Shown here one piece after another: positions 10,020 through 19,877 of a stretch of 64,000 nucleotides of DNA. This DNA comes from Candidatus Latescibacterota bacterium. Its GTDB lineage: Bacteria; Latescibacterota; UBA2968. The notes under the pieces are model-generated. The model ran no database searches, had not been told where the DNA came from, and worked only from the letters and a program-made list of their open reading frames with translations. Made by a program: the position numbers and the translations under genes. Position 1 is the stretch's first letter. Each line of letters begins with the position of its first letter. Location: contig OZ240241.1 in NCBI GenBank assembly GCA_965198115.1, positions 6,720,001 to 6,784,000 on the forward strand, written 5' to 3'.

Positions 10020-11261
10020 TCAGGCGCGCTTCTTTTTCTCGAGCTTGAGGAAGGCTGTTTTCGGATTGCTGATGAGGTCTTCGGTCACGATGATTTCCTT
10101 CGGACCGCCCTCCGTCGGCAGGTAGTACATCAGGTCGAGCATAACGGACTCGAGAACGGCTCGCAGGCCTCGAGCACCCGTGCCTTTCGTCACGGTGCTT
10201 TCGACGACGGTGTGCAGGGCGGACTCGTCGAAAGTGAGTTCGACACCATCCATTTCGAACAACTTCTGGAACTGCTTGGTGATGGCGTTCTTTGGCTCGG
10301 TGAGGATACGAAGCAGCGCGTCTTCGTCGAGGCTGTCGAGGGCACAGACGACGGGGAGACGACCGATGAGTTCGGGTATCAGTCCGTATTTAATGAGGTC
10401 TTCGGGTTCGGCCTCGGCGAAGATCTGTCCGATCGTTTTATCGTCTCGTTGAACCTTGTCTGTCGCGAACCCCATCGTCTTGCGTCCGATGCGCGCACTG
10501 ATGATGTCGTCGAGGCTGTCGAAGGCGCCACCGCAGATGAACAGGATGTTCTTCGTGTTGACCTGGATCAGCGGCTGTTCGGGATGCTTTCGCCCACCCT
10601 TGGGTGGAATGCTGGCGATCGTCCCTTCGAGCATTTTGAGCAGCGCCTGCTGAACACCCTCGCCCGATACGTCGCGTGTGATTGAGGGATTCGCCGATTT
10701 GCGGGAGATTTTATCGATTTCGTCAATGTAGAGAATGCCCATCTCGGCGCGTTCGACGTCGTAGTCGGCGGCCTGCAACAGTCTCACGAGAATGTTTTCG
10801 ACGTCTTCGCCGACGTAGCCCGCCTCGGTGAGGATGGTGGCATCGGCGATGGAGAAAGGCACCTGGAGGATGCGTGCGAGCGTCTTGGCGAGTTCGGTTT
10901 TGCCGACGCCGGTCGGTCCGAGCAGGAGGATGTTGCTTTTCTCGAGTTCGACGTCGTCGGTGGTGACCTTGGACTGGATACGCTTGTAGTGATTGTAGAC
11001 AGCGACGGATAACGAGCGCTTGGCCTGCTCCTGGCCGATGACGTATTCGTCGAGCTGCGACTTGATTTCGGCTGGCTTGGGAAGATCCTTGTGAAGGTGG
11101 ACGGGCTTCTGCTTGACGTCCTCCATCAAAACTTCGTTGCAGAGCTTGATGCATTCGTTGCAGATGTGGACGCCGGGTCCGGTGACGATCTTTTCGACTT
11201 GATCGGCACGCTTGCCGCAGAACGAACAGCGGATTTCGGCTTTGGAGGAGCGTCGCTTCAT
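10020..11261 (-). CDS. clpX: ATP-dependent Clp protease ATP-binding subunit
   Basis: CSFCGK...ICNEC zinc finger, [39 protein letters not shown]. Confidence 0.98.
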   Translation of the reverse strand: MKRRSSKAEIRCSFCGKRADQVEKIVTGPGVHICNECIKLCNEVLMEDVKQKPVHLHKDLPKPAEIKSQLDEYVIGQEQAKRSLSVAVYNHYKRIQSKVTTDDVELEKSNILLLGPTGVGKTELAKTLARILQVPFSIADATILTEAGYVGEDVENILVRLLQAADYDVERAEMGILYIDEIDKISRKSANPSITRDVSGEGVQQALLKMLEGTIASIPPKGGRKHPEQPLIQVNTKNILFICGGAFDSLDDIISARIGRKTMGFATDKVQRDDKTIGQIFAEAEPEDLIKYGLIPELIGRLPVVCALDSLDEDALLRILTEPKNAITKQFQKLFEMDGVELTFDESALHTVVESTVTKGTGARGLRAVLESVMLDLMYYLPTEGGPKEIIVTEDLISNPKTAFLKLEKKKRA

Positions 11262-11295
11262 GGGTTATCCCGAGAGAAGCCGATACGCGGTCGTT

Positions 11296-11913
11296 TTAGG
11301 ATTCCTCGTCGTCATCATCGCCACTCGAATTGGGCTGAAGTACCTCGTCGATTACGCCATAGTCCAACGCTTCTTCGGCTGACAGGAAGAAGTCGCGGTC
11401 GGAGTCTTTGGCGATGCGTTCCAGATCCTGGCCCGTACACTCGGCGAGCAGGTTGTTCAGTCGGTCGCGGTACTGCAGAATCTCTTTTGCGTGGCGTTCG
11501 ACGTCGGATGCCTGACCACCCGCGCCACCCATGGGCTGGTGTATGAGGATTCGGGAATTGGGCAGCGCCCGTCGCTGACCATTCGTACCACCGGCCAGCA
11601 GTATGGCTCCCATGCTGAAAGCCTGGCCGACACAGATCGTCTCGACCTCGTTTGTGACATATTGCATGGTGTCGTAAATGGCCAGTCCTGCCGTAATACT
11701 TCCCCCCGGCGAATTGATGTAGAGCGAAATCCGTCTGTCGGGCGTCTCGGCCGTGCAGAACAACATCTGCGCGATCACGAGGTTGGCGATCGTGTCGTTG
11801 ATCGGCGTACCGATGAAGATGATGTTATCGCGAAGCAGACGCGAGAAAATATCGTAGGTCCGCTCACCGCGTCCTGTCTGTTCCAGTACCATCGGAACCA
11901 AAGCCATGTTCAA
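11296..11913 (-). CDS. clpP: Clp protease proteolytic subunit
   Basis: [21 protein letters not shown] motifs. Confidence 0.97.
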   Translation of the reverse strand: MNMALVPMVLEQTGRGERTYDIFSRLLRDNIIFIGTPINDTIANLVIAQMLFCTAETPDRRISLYINSPGGSITAGLAIYDTMQYVTNEVETICVGQAFSMGAILLAGGTNGQRRALPNSRILIHQPMGGAGGQASDVERHAKEILQYRDRLNNLLAECTGQDLERIAKDSDRDFFLSAEEALDYGVIDEVLQPNSSGDDDDEES

Positions 11914-12009
11914 CTACCTACACTTTCTATTGTAAAGAAAACCTGAACACAAAGGCGCTAAGACGCGAAGGAGAACCAGAAGGTGTAGAAGGGCCTCTCA
12001 ACCCCCTTA

Positions 12010-13302
12010 GGGTTCGGAATAAATAAACGGTCGATCTCAATGTTGAGCCATTGGCCGGATCGTGTAGTTCCAGTCGCCGTGGAAATCGTGCGGAGTGAGA
12101 TCGATTTGGGTCATCTGTTCATCGGTCACCTTGACCCCGTTAGGGTAGGGTCGCTTGTCGATCTCGGAGCGTACTCGGAGACCGGCTTGAGTGGTCGTTC
12201 CGGCAATGAGATTCACGGTTGCAGCCAGGCTGACCAGGGGCTTGCCTCGCCAGTTCATAGCGATGAAGGAGAACAGGCGATGTTCGATCTTGTTCCACTT
12301 ACTAGTGCCAGGAGGGTAGTGGCATACGGTGATCGTCAGGCCAGTGCGATTCGCAAAGCGCTGCAGCTCCCACTTCCACAGCCGCGTCTTGGCGCCGTTG
12401 CTGCCGCCTGCGTCCGCCGTGATTAGCAGATGCGTCGAAGTGCCGTAGGCGGGCCGTCCCATGTTCTTCCACCAACTTCGGATCGCATTCACGGCGAAGC
12501 TGGCCGTGTCGTGATCGATACCGACACTTACCCAGCCTTCATCACGGCTCAGATCATACACTCCATAAGGGATCGCCTTGCCCTGAGCAGGCACTATGAA
12601 ATCGTGTACCTTCACACGCTCCGGGTCTCCCTTGGGTCGCCATTCTCGGCCAGGATTCTTGAAGTCGCCGATCAACTCTTTCTTCTTGGTGTCCACCGAG
12701 ATAACGGGAAGGCCCTGCTGCTGCTGCTGGCTAATCCGATCATCGAGGTAAACGAACTGAGCGTCCCGATCCGGGTGTGCAGATCCCTCCCTTGTCTTCC
12801 GATTCGCCTGCAGCGTGTAATCGTGTTCGTGCAGGAGATTGGCAACGATCCTGGGGCTCACCGAATGCCCCATCGCTTGCAACTCGGCGGCCAGTTTGCG
12901 AGTGCTCTTCGATGTCCATCTCAGAGGATTGTCGTCAGGCGACCCCGCAGTCGTTGGCTCGACCAGATCATTCAGGTCCTGCCACAGCGTCGGGTCCGTG
13001 TCGGCCTTCCGCTTACGACCGCCGCCTGGACGCCGGATGCGAGCCGGGTCCAAAGGTTCGTCCGACCTCAACTCCTGAATGCCACGAAAGATCCGCTCTC
13101 TGGACATTCCTGTCGCCAGAGCCACAATCGCGATCCCACCGTGACCCAACGCTTCGGCTTCCGTGGCGGCCCACAGACGACGCGTGCGTTCCGTCAGCAC
13201 CGGAGCCAAGGCTTCATACTTCGTTCGGAGAGTTTCGACGTCCACACTCCGAGCGTAAGATCATTACCTTGAAAAGTGCAGCACTTATTTCGTGGCAAAC
13301 CC
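12010..13302 (-). mobile_element. ISAzo13-family IS inserted between tig and clpP
   Basis: Ends GGGTTCGGAATAAATAA / TTATTTCGTGGCAAACCC, flanked by TA at 12008-12009 and 13303-13304. Confidence 0.85.
12037..13245 (-). CDS. ISAzo13-family transposase
   Basis: LRWTSKS, HPDRDAQF, ISVDTKKKELIG, TADAGGSN, PPGTSKWNKIEHRLF motifs. Confidence 0.95.
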   Translation of the reverse strand: MDVETLRTKYEALAPVLTERTRRLWAATEAEALGHGGIAIVALATGMSRERIFRGIQELRSDEPLDPARIRRPGGGRKRKADTDPTLWQDLNDLVEPTTAGSPDDNPLRWTSKSTRKLAAELQAMGHSVSPRIVANLLHEHDYTLQANRKTREGSAHPDRDAQFVYLDDRISQQQQQGLPVISVDTKKKELIGDFKNPGREWRPKGDPERVKVHDFIVPAQGKAIPYGVYDLSRDEGWVSVGIDHDTASFAVNAIRSWWKNMGRPAYGTSTHLLITADAGGSNGAKTRLWKWELQRFANRTGLTITVCHYPPGTSKWNKIEHRLFSFIAMNWRGKPLVSLAATVNLIAGTTTQAGLRVRSEIDKRPYPNGVKVTDEQMTQIDLTPHDFHGDWNYTIRPMAQH

Positions 13303-13344
13303 TAAGCTGTGTCTTTCTTCGTGTCTCGCGAGTTCGTGTTGCTC

Positions 13345-14622
13345 TTATTCCCCGACGGTCTCTTCGACGTCTTCCACTTTTGCGTTTTCGATCAGGAGGT
13401 CGAAGACCTTGTCGTCGCGCAATTCGGACTGGATGCGGTCGAGCTGCCCCGATCGGCTGAGGATCTGGCGAATCCGGGAGCCTTCGACGTTGTGCCGTTC
13501 AGACATGGCTTCGAGATGTTTGTCGACGTCTTCTTCCGTCACTTCGACGCTTTCGTGTTCCGCGATCGCCTCAATGAGAAGGTAGCGTTTAACACCTCGC
13601 TCTGCCCCCGCCCGTCCCTCCGTGCGAAAGGCCTCTTCGTCGATTTCCTGGCCCTGTCGTTCCCGTTTGATCGATTCGATCATGTTCTCGATGTAATTGT
13701 CGACCATGCTGTCGGGGACGTCGAACGGGTTCTGCGCGATCAGCTCTTCAACGATGTTTTCGACGAGTCGGTTGCGTGACGCGGAATCGGCTTGCCCCTG
13801 AATGTCGTCGCGGATGCGCTGTCTGAGAGCTTCGAGAGACTCGAAGTCGCCCAGATCCTTTGCGAACTCGTCATCCAGTTCGTGGAGTTCGCGCTCGCGA
13901 ATCTCCTTGGCGGTGACTCGGAATTTCGTCGTGTGCTCGTGTGACTCACCATCTTCGTGCTCGTGCGTGTGAGCGTAGTCGACGCTTCGTTCATCGCCAA
14001 CGGATAGACCCACGAGCTGGTTGTCGAGATCGTGGTTCGCGTTTGGACCGCCGATCAGGAAGACGCGATCTTCCTGCTGTTGTCCCTGCACGGGATTCCC
14101 GTCGTCATCGAGTTCGACAAAGTCAGCGACCAGCACGTCCCCGAGTGCGGCGGGGCGATCAACACTCGTTTCCGTGGCGTTCTGCTCGCGCATCATGTGA
14201 AGACGTTCATCGACCTGCTCGTCGCCGATCTTGTAGACCGGTCGGACGACTTTGAGCTTCTTGTAGGCTTTGACTTCGATGTCGGGCTTAACGTCGACCG
14301 AGGCCCTGAACTTGAGGGGTTCACCATCTTCGTAGGAAGCGTCTTCGATTGTGGCCTGCGAAACCGGAGTTATGCCCTCGGCCTGACTGGCTTCACGATA
14401 GAACTCTTCCTCGGTCTTGCTCAGCACTTCTTCGAGAATGGCGGGCCCGAAGCGGGATTTGACCACGCTTACGGGCACCTTACCCTTCCGGAAACCGGGC
14501 AAATTTAGAGACTTGCTGTAGGATTTGTAGGCCTCTGCAAGTCTCTTCTTGACGTCATCCGCCGAGACTTCGATATCGAGCGTTTTGCGCCACGATCCCG
14601 AATCCGTGACTTCGACTTTCAT
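13345..14622 (-). CDS. tig: trigger factor
   Basis: LPGFRKGKVP ribosome-binding motif, ELDDEFA, and tig-clpP-clpX order. Confidence 0.96.
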   Translation of the reverse strand: MKVEVTDSGSWRKTLDIEVSADDVKKRLAEAYKSYSKSLNLPGFRKGKVPVSVVKSRFGPAILEEVLSKTEEEFYREASQAEGITPVSQATIEDASYEDGEPLKFRASVDVKPDIEVKAYKKLKVVRPVYKIGDEQVDERLHMMREQNATETSVDRPAALGDVLVADFVELDDDGNPVQGQQQEDRVFLIGGPNANHDLDNQLVGLSVGDERSVDYAHTHEHEDGESHEHTTKFRVTAKEIRERELHELDDEFAKDLGDFESLEALRQRIRDDIQGQADSASRNRLVENIVEELIAQNPFDVPDSMVDNYIENMIESIKRERQGQEIDEEAFRTEGRAGAERGVKRYLLIEAIAEHESVEVTEEDVDKHLEAMSERHNVEGSRIRQILSRSGQLDRIQSELRDDKVFDLLIENAKVEDVEETVGE

Positions 14623-14887
14623 GCAGCCTGATAACCTTCCTGAACCTACCCTAACAAGAGCCCCTCTGGCTCTGTAAGGTTGGTGAAATCAACACGATAG
14701 ACCGAGTGACACATTCGCCACTGAACGGGAAATGATACATAAATGGCCGTAGTATGTCAATTCTCTCAGGTTCGCCTCGCGTGGATGCGCTCACTCTTTT
14801 GAGCCCGTGGGCGCCCCTGAATCCGCCTTGACCTCGCCAATCGCCCCACGTTTCTTTGCGCGTCCGGTAACCTCCGCTTTTTAACTA

Positions 14888-15523
14888 AACCTTGGTAAGC
14901 CCCCGGCTCTGCCGGGGAGACTCCCAGAGTTTGACAGTTCCAGAAATATGTAAGAGCCTCCCTTGCCGTGGACCGCTCAAAGCACACGGAAGGAAGGCTC
15001 TCTAATGAACAACGTAAGGAGTCTACGTCACACGGTTTGGGAGTGCAAGTATGACGTTGTTTGGGTTCGGAAGTATCGTAGAAAAGTGTTGTATGGTGAA
15101 ATTCGTCGCTATCTGGGCGAGGTGATTCGGGATCTGGCCGCACAGAAGGAATGCCGTGTGGAAGAGGGTCACCTGCGATCCGACCATGTGCACACGCTGA
15201 TTTCGATCCCGCCGAAGCACTCAGTAGCTCAGACGGTAGGGTTCATCAAAGGAAAGAGTGCGATTCACATTGCTCGGAACTATCTGGGACGCAGGTCGAA
15301 CTTCACCGGGCAGCATTTCTGGGCAAGAGGCTACTGGGTCTCCACCGTTGGCAAGGATGAACAGACGGTTCGGGAGTATATCCAGAACCAGGAGCGGGAG
15401 GACCGGCGTCTCGACCAGCTCAACATTTTCAGGTAATCGCCACCTTTAGGTGGCGCTTGGTTTCCAACCGCTTTGAGCGGTTCACAAGTTTTCAAGCCTC
15501 CGGCTTTGCCGGAGGTCATGACT
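14888..15523 (+). mobile_element. IS200/IS605-family element (tnpA only)
   Basis: Subterminal hairpins CCCCGGC-TCT-GCCGGGG (14901-14917) and CCTCCGGC-TTT-GCCGGAGG (15497-15515). Exact ends approximate. Confidence 0.85.
15005..15436 (+). CDS. tnpA: IS200 HUH (Y1) transposase
   Basis: DHVH, KGKS, FWARGY, YIQNQ motifs. Confidence 0.95.
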   Translation: MNNVRSLRHTVWECKYDVVWVRKYRRKVLYGEIRRYLGEVIRDLAAQKECRVEEGHLRSDHVHTLISIPPKHSVAQTVGFIKGKSAIHIARNYLGRRSNFTGQHFWARGYWVSTVGKDEQTVREYIQNQEREDRRLDQLNIFR

Positions 15524-15548
15524 GTCTTACACGATTTGGACCGTTTTT

Positions 15549-17057
15549 TTGGCGTCGATCGAGTCGAATTTCGCTCCGCTGGATTGGGCGGTGGTGATCG
15601 TCTATCTCGGGGCGACGGTGTGGATCGGCGTCAAGGCCAACCGTCTCGTTCGGGGGATGGCCGACTATGTGGTCGCCGGCCGTCGTCTGAAGAGCGCGCT
15701 GGCGGTGGCGACGATGATCGGTAGCGAGCTGGGTCTGGTGACGGTCGTCTACTCCGCGCAGAAGGGCTTTACGGGGGGATTTGCGGCCTTCCACATCGGG
15801 CTGATCGCCGGAGTGGTGACGCTTCTGGTGGGGATGACCGGGTTCATCGTCGTGCCGCTGCGATCGATGGGAGTAATGACGATTCCGGAGTTCTACGAGC
15901 GTCGGTTCAGCCGAGGCGTGAGGATCGCCGGTGGCCTGATTCTGTCGCTGTCCGGAATCTTGAACATGGGGTTGTTCCTGAAGGCCGGTGCGATTTTCGT
16001 GACGGCGTTGACAGGGTTGCGCGATCCGGTGTGGGTCAGTGTGGTGTTGCTGGTGCTGGTTCTGATCTACACGGTGCTGGGTGGGATGGTGTCGGTCGTT
16101 CTGACCGATTATGTGCAGTTCGTCGTTCTGTCTTTCGGATTGCTGGCCGCGTCGGTGTTGGCTGTGACACATCTTGGATGGGACCGGATCGTCGAATCCG
16201 TGACTTACGTACACGGGCCTTCGGGGTTCGATCCGTTGATCGAAGGCAGCGGGTTCGGGCCGACGTATGTGATGTGGATGATTTTTACGGCGGGGCTCGT
16301 CTCGTGTGCCGTCTGGCAGACGTCGGTGATGCGCGCCTGTGCGGCGGAGAGTGTGGATGTCGTGCGCAGACTGTATCGATGGTCCTCGATCGGGTTTCTG
16401 ATCCGCTTCGTGGTGCCCCAGTTTTTGGGGATCTGCGCGCTGGCCTACCTGTTGGATCACGAGGTGGGACGATCGATGTTCTTCGACGATGGCGGGCCGA
16501 CGTCCGATCCGATGGCGAGTCTGCAGGCGATGCCCGTCTTTCTGGGTCAGCTTCTGCCAACTGGGTTGATCGGACTGATCGGCGCGGGGCTGCTCGCCGC
16601 GTTCATGTCGACGCACGACAGCTACCTGTTGTGCTGGTCTTCGGTGCTCGTGCAGGATGTGATTGCACCGATTGCGGGTGACCGACTGACCGATCGTGTG
16701 AGGCTGCTGCTGACTCGAGTGTTGATCGTCGTAATCGGCATCTTTCTGCTGGTGTGGGGGTTGTGGTACGAGCTGGGACAGGATCTGTGGGATTACATGG
16801 CGGTGAGTGGCGCGATTTACTTCACGGGTGCGTTCGCCCTGTTGTTGACGGGGCTGTATTGGAAACGTGCGAACACTGTCGGCGCGTATCTCGCGATGGG
16901 CGCCGGATGCTGCGCCGTCCTGGGTCTGGGACCTGTGAAGGCGGCCGCCGGCCTGAATGCGTGGACGGGGGCGGAGATCGGGTTGGCGACGACTGGTCTG
17001 TCCCTGGGGCTGATGATTCTCGCCGCGCTTGTTTTCCCGATGCGAAAGGCGGTCTGA
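15549..17057 (+). CDS. sodium:solute symporter (SSS) family
   Basis: Multiple TM helices, DYVVAGR, TIPEFYERRF, GGMVSVVLTD, AAFMSTHDS motifs. The start lies next to the IS200 end and is uncertain. Confidence 0.93.
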   Translation: MASIESNFAPLDWAVVIVYLGATVWIGVKANRLVRGMADYVVAGRRLKSALAVATMIGSELGLVTVVYSAQKGFTGGFAAFHIGLIAGVVTLLVGMTGFIVVPLRSMGVMTIPEFYERRFSRGVRIAGGLILSLSGILNMGLFLKAGAIFVTALTGLRDPVWVSVVLLVLVLIYTVLGGMVSVVLTDYVQFVVLSFGLLAASVLAVTHLGWDRIVESVTYVHGPSGFDPLIEGSGFGPTYVMWMIFTAGLVSCAVWQTSVMRACAAESVDVVRRLYRWSSIGFLIRFVVPQFLGICALAYLLDHEVGRSMFFDDGGPTSDPMASLQAMPVFLGQLLPTGLIGLIGAGLLAAFMSTHDSYLLCWSSVLVQDVIAPIAGDRLTDRVRLLLTRVLIVVIGIFLLVWGLWYELGQDLWDYMAVSGAIYFTGAFALLLTGLYWKRANTVGAYLAMGAGCCAVLGLGPVKAAAGLNAWTGAEIGLATTGLSLGLMILAALVFPMRKAV

Positions 17058-17058
17058 C

Positions 17059-17211
17059 GTGTGGGCGACGTTTTGGGGTCTCTTCCTGTTGGTCAGTCTG
17101 GCGATCTTCGCAGGTGTTGCGATTGTGGTGACCGTGCGCGGGTTTGGTGAGGCGAGGGCGTTGCTCGGGCGTGGAGACGATCAGGATGAGGGGTCTGGAG
17201 CCGACGGCTGA
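17059..17211 (+). CDS. small membrane protein, possible SSS accessory subunit
   Basis: GTG two nt after the SSS stop. Single hydrophobic helix MWATFWGLFLLVSLAIFAGVAIVV. Confidence 0.6.
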   Translation: MWATFWGLFLLVSLAIFAGVAIVVTVRGFGEARALLGRGDDQDEGSGADG

Positions 17212-17363
17212 TGCCCTTTGCAGTCGAGAACGGGGACGTAGGGGTAGCGGGGGAAAGCCGGATCGGTTTCGGATAGTCGGCAGAGCAGGAAAGTAGATCG
17301 CTCGGTTTCGACAACACGGGCGTGTCGGCACGTTTCGCAGAGATGGGTGGCGGATGCGGACAT
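17181..17363 (-). CDS. small Cys-rich hypothetical protein
   Basis: 60 aa with CxxCxH...C...RYPxxPVxxC pattern. Confidence 0.6.
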   Translation of the reverse strand: MSASATHLCETCRHARVVETERSTFLLCRLSETDPAFPRYPYVPVLDCKGHQPSAPDPSS

Positions 17364-18501
17364 CTACTTTGAGTGATCGTCGGATGTAGGTTGTGAATTG
17401 CGTTAGAAGCTGTGCGGAAGCGCACAACGAGTTGCGTTTTCGCACCTGATCCGGCGGTTCCGCGTCAGTCCATTTCTCGACCTCCTACAACACGGCCTGG
17501 ATTCCAGTCTGGCACGTGTCTTGCCCCATGGTTCTTGAGCAGGACGGTTAGAGGGATCTTTTCCTTGACACACTTTAGTGATGGTTGGACTTGTTGGCCC
17601 TGACTTCGGCTGCGCTCGCGAATCCTTTCGATGATCTGATCGGGATTCGGAGCGAGTCGATCCTCGAATACGATGCATCCACCGGCTCGTTGGAGCTGAA
17701 GAGCGAACGGTTTGGGAATACGAGGAATATACCTTTCGTCGATGCCGATCGCATACTCACCGTCCGCATTGCAAACGCACGTTTCGGGGCACAATATCGG
17801 ATCGAGACCTCGGAGGGCATCGTCGCGCGCACGTCAGAGATTCGAGGCCTCAACGAGGCGATCGATTTGTTCACCGCGATGGCTGTTCCGTTCGCGTCGA
17901 CGCTTCCCCGCGACATCGTGGCGCCACCCGACAAGGGTGGAGCACCTACGATGGATATTCTGGTCGACGAGGACGGCAATCCACGTCGTCTTTGGACATT
18001 AACAGAGGTGAGAAAGGTTCGTTTTGCAATTGCGAGAGAAATGGCGGCATTGACGGCAGAGGTGAACGACATCGGCCTGGACGTGACCGATTACACCGGT
18101 GCGACCATCAGGGGTTCGAACTTCCAGGAGTTATCCGATCTGAAAGGCGTCGAGGACATCGATCCCGAGCAGTCCCTTTCTGCACGAGTATACAACTTCA
18201 CCACCCGGCTTCCCGCTGGTGCTCCGTCACTGAGAGATTTAATCGACTTCGTGAACGACGCAAACGTTTTGCTCATGGAAGCGAAAGCGATTCGAAATGT
18301 GAGGGAGTCACCTGGGTTTCTTAGCAAAAGGGATTCTCTTCTTGCCCGAATCGACAGAGCCACAAACCGCGCCAGCACGATGCAAGAGAATTTGGACGGC
18401 GTCCACGCGATTGTCGGGTTCGTTCAGGCTCTGGTCAACTACAAACAGGCCTCCATTCCCCAGGAGGACACTGCTCGACAGAAGAAGGTGGAAGTTCGCG
18501 A

Positions 18502-19877
18502 GAGCTATAATCATAAAGGTGTGGAAAAAGAGGAAAGGGCGACCCTACCCTTCCCGTGAGATAGTTGATTCACACAAAACCGGGTGAGAGGCCCGGTTGG
18601 GAAGGAGGATCGCCGTGAAGGAACATACGCATAGAGCCCCATTGAAGTCCATGCCGACGTGGGAGACGGTTGACGATTGGATCCGTGAAGAGATCCAGGG
18701 CCGGTTCCAGTCCATTCTGGAGGAGGAGGCGACCGCGTTCTTGGGCCGGTCGTGGTATGAGCGCCGAGCCGAGGTCGATAGCTCCAGGGGCTACAGGAAC
18801 GGCTACGGCAAGCCCCGGCGTCTCTCGACGAGCTGCGGAACGATCAAGGTCCGGCGTCCCCGGGTTCGTGGTCTGGAAGAGCGGTTTGAAAGCCGCATCC
18901 TCCCCCTGTTCGCCCGGAGAACCAGGGCCATTGGAGATCTGCTTCCCGACCTTTATCTCCACGGTCTCTCCCAGGGCGACTTCGAGTTGTCTTTGCGTGC
19001 GCTGCTCGGTGATGGCGCGCCGCTTTCGCCGACCTCGATCGCTCGTCTTCGAGGGAAGTGGGAGGTCGACTTCCAGGACTGGAAAGAAAGGCGTCTGGAT
19101 AATCGCGAACTGGTCTACGCCTGGGCTGATGGCATCTACGTCAAAGCCGGGCTCGAGCGCGAGAAGGCGTGTCTGCTGGTCGTGATCGGCGCGATGAGCG
19201 ACGGCAGCAAGGAGATCCTGGCGATAGAACCCGGTTATCGAGAGTCTACAGAATCCTGGCTCACGGTGCTCCGGGATCTCCGGGATCGCGGGCTCGAACA
19301 TCCTGTCCTGATCGCCGCGGACGGGAATATGGGCATCTGGGCGGCCGTTGATCAGGTCTGGCCAGAGAGCCGGCAACAACGGTGCTGGAACCACAAGATC
19401 CTCAACGTGCTCGACAAGGTCGCCAAGCGTGCACAGGCTGAAGCCCGCGCACTGCTCGTCCAGATCCCCTATGCCGGCACGAAAAAGGAGGCCGAGAAGC
19501 TCCGGAAACGCTTTGCCGCACGGTATCGCTCACAGTTCCCTGCCGCCGTGGAGACGCTCGAAAGAGACTGGGATCGGATGGTCACGTTCTACGACTTCCC
19601 GAAGGAACACTGGAAACACCTGAGAACCACGAACGTCGTCGAGAGCCCCTTTGCTTCCGTTCGGCTTCGCACAAACGCCGCCAGGCGATTCAAGAAAGTC
19701 AGGAACGCCACGGCTCTCATCTGGCGTACGCTCAAGGTCGCAGAGAGCCGATTCAGGAAACTCACCGCGCCACACTTGCTACAACAAGTCTACGATCAGA
19801 AACACTCAACCGGACCGCAGGTCGAAGCCGGGAAGATGGCCGCCTGATTTCTTTTACACACCTATTGACCTGAGCTC
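18502..19877 (+). mobile_element. IS256-family IS type A, copy 2
   Basis: Same IRs and identical transposase protein as copy 1. 8-bp TSD GTTCGCGA at 18494-18501 and 19878-19885. Confidence 0.95.
18597..19847 (+). CDS. IS256-family transposase
   Basis: Protein identical to 6948..8198. Confidence 0.95.
   Translation: MGRRIAVKEHTHRAPLKSMPTWETVDDWIREEIQGRFQSILEEEATAFLGRSWYERRAEVDSSRGYRNGYGKPRRLSTSCGTIKVRRPRVRGLEERFESRILPLFARRTRAIGDLLPDLYLHGLSQGDFELSLRALLGDGAPLSPTSIARLRGKWEVDFQDWKERRLDNRELVYAWADGIYVKAGLEREKACLLVVIGAMSDGSKEILAIEPGYRESTESWLTVLRDLRDRGLEHPVLIAADGNMGIWAAVDQVWPESRQQRCWNHKILNVLDKVAKRAQAEARALLVQIPYAGTKKEAEKLRKRFAARYRSQFPAAVETLERDWDRMVTFYDFPKEHWKHLRTTNVVESPFASVRLRTNAARRFKKVRNATALIWRTLKVAESRFRKLTAPHLLQQVYDQKHSTGPQVEAGKMAA

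Noticed and set aside
14630-14890. tRNA gene expected upstream of tig
   Set aside because: No cloverleaf or T-loop/CCA pattern found.
14888-15523. TnpB/omegaRNA system with the IS200 element
   Set aside because: The element closes right after tnpA with its right hairpin. No tnpB is present.
15516-16616. 366-aa minus-strand His/Arg-rich ORF
   Set aside because: Antisense to the SSS transporter. Its composition reflects the reverse complement of hydrophobic codons.
6855-19877. Composite transposon of IS256 copies carrying clpXP-tig (likewise the ISL3 pair)
   Set aside because: Each copy has separate matching TSDs, and the cargo is core chromosome.
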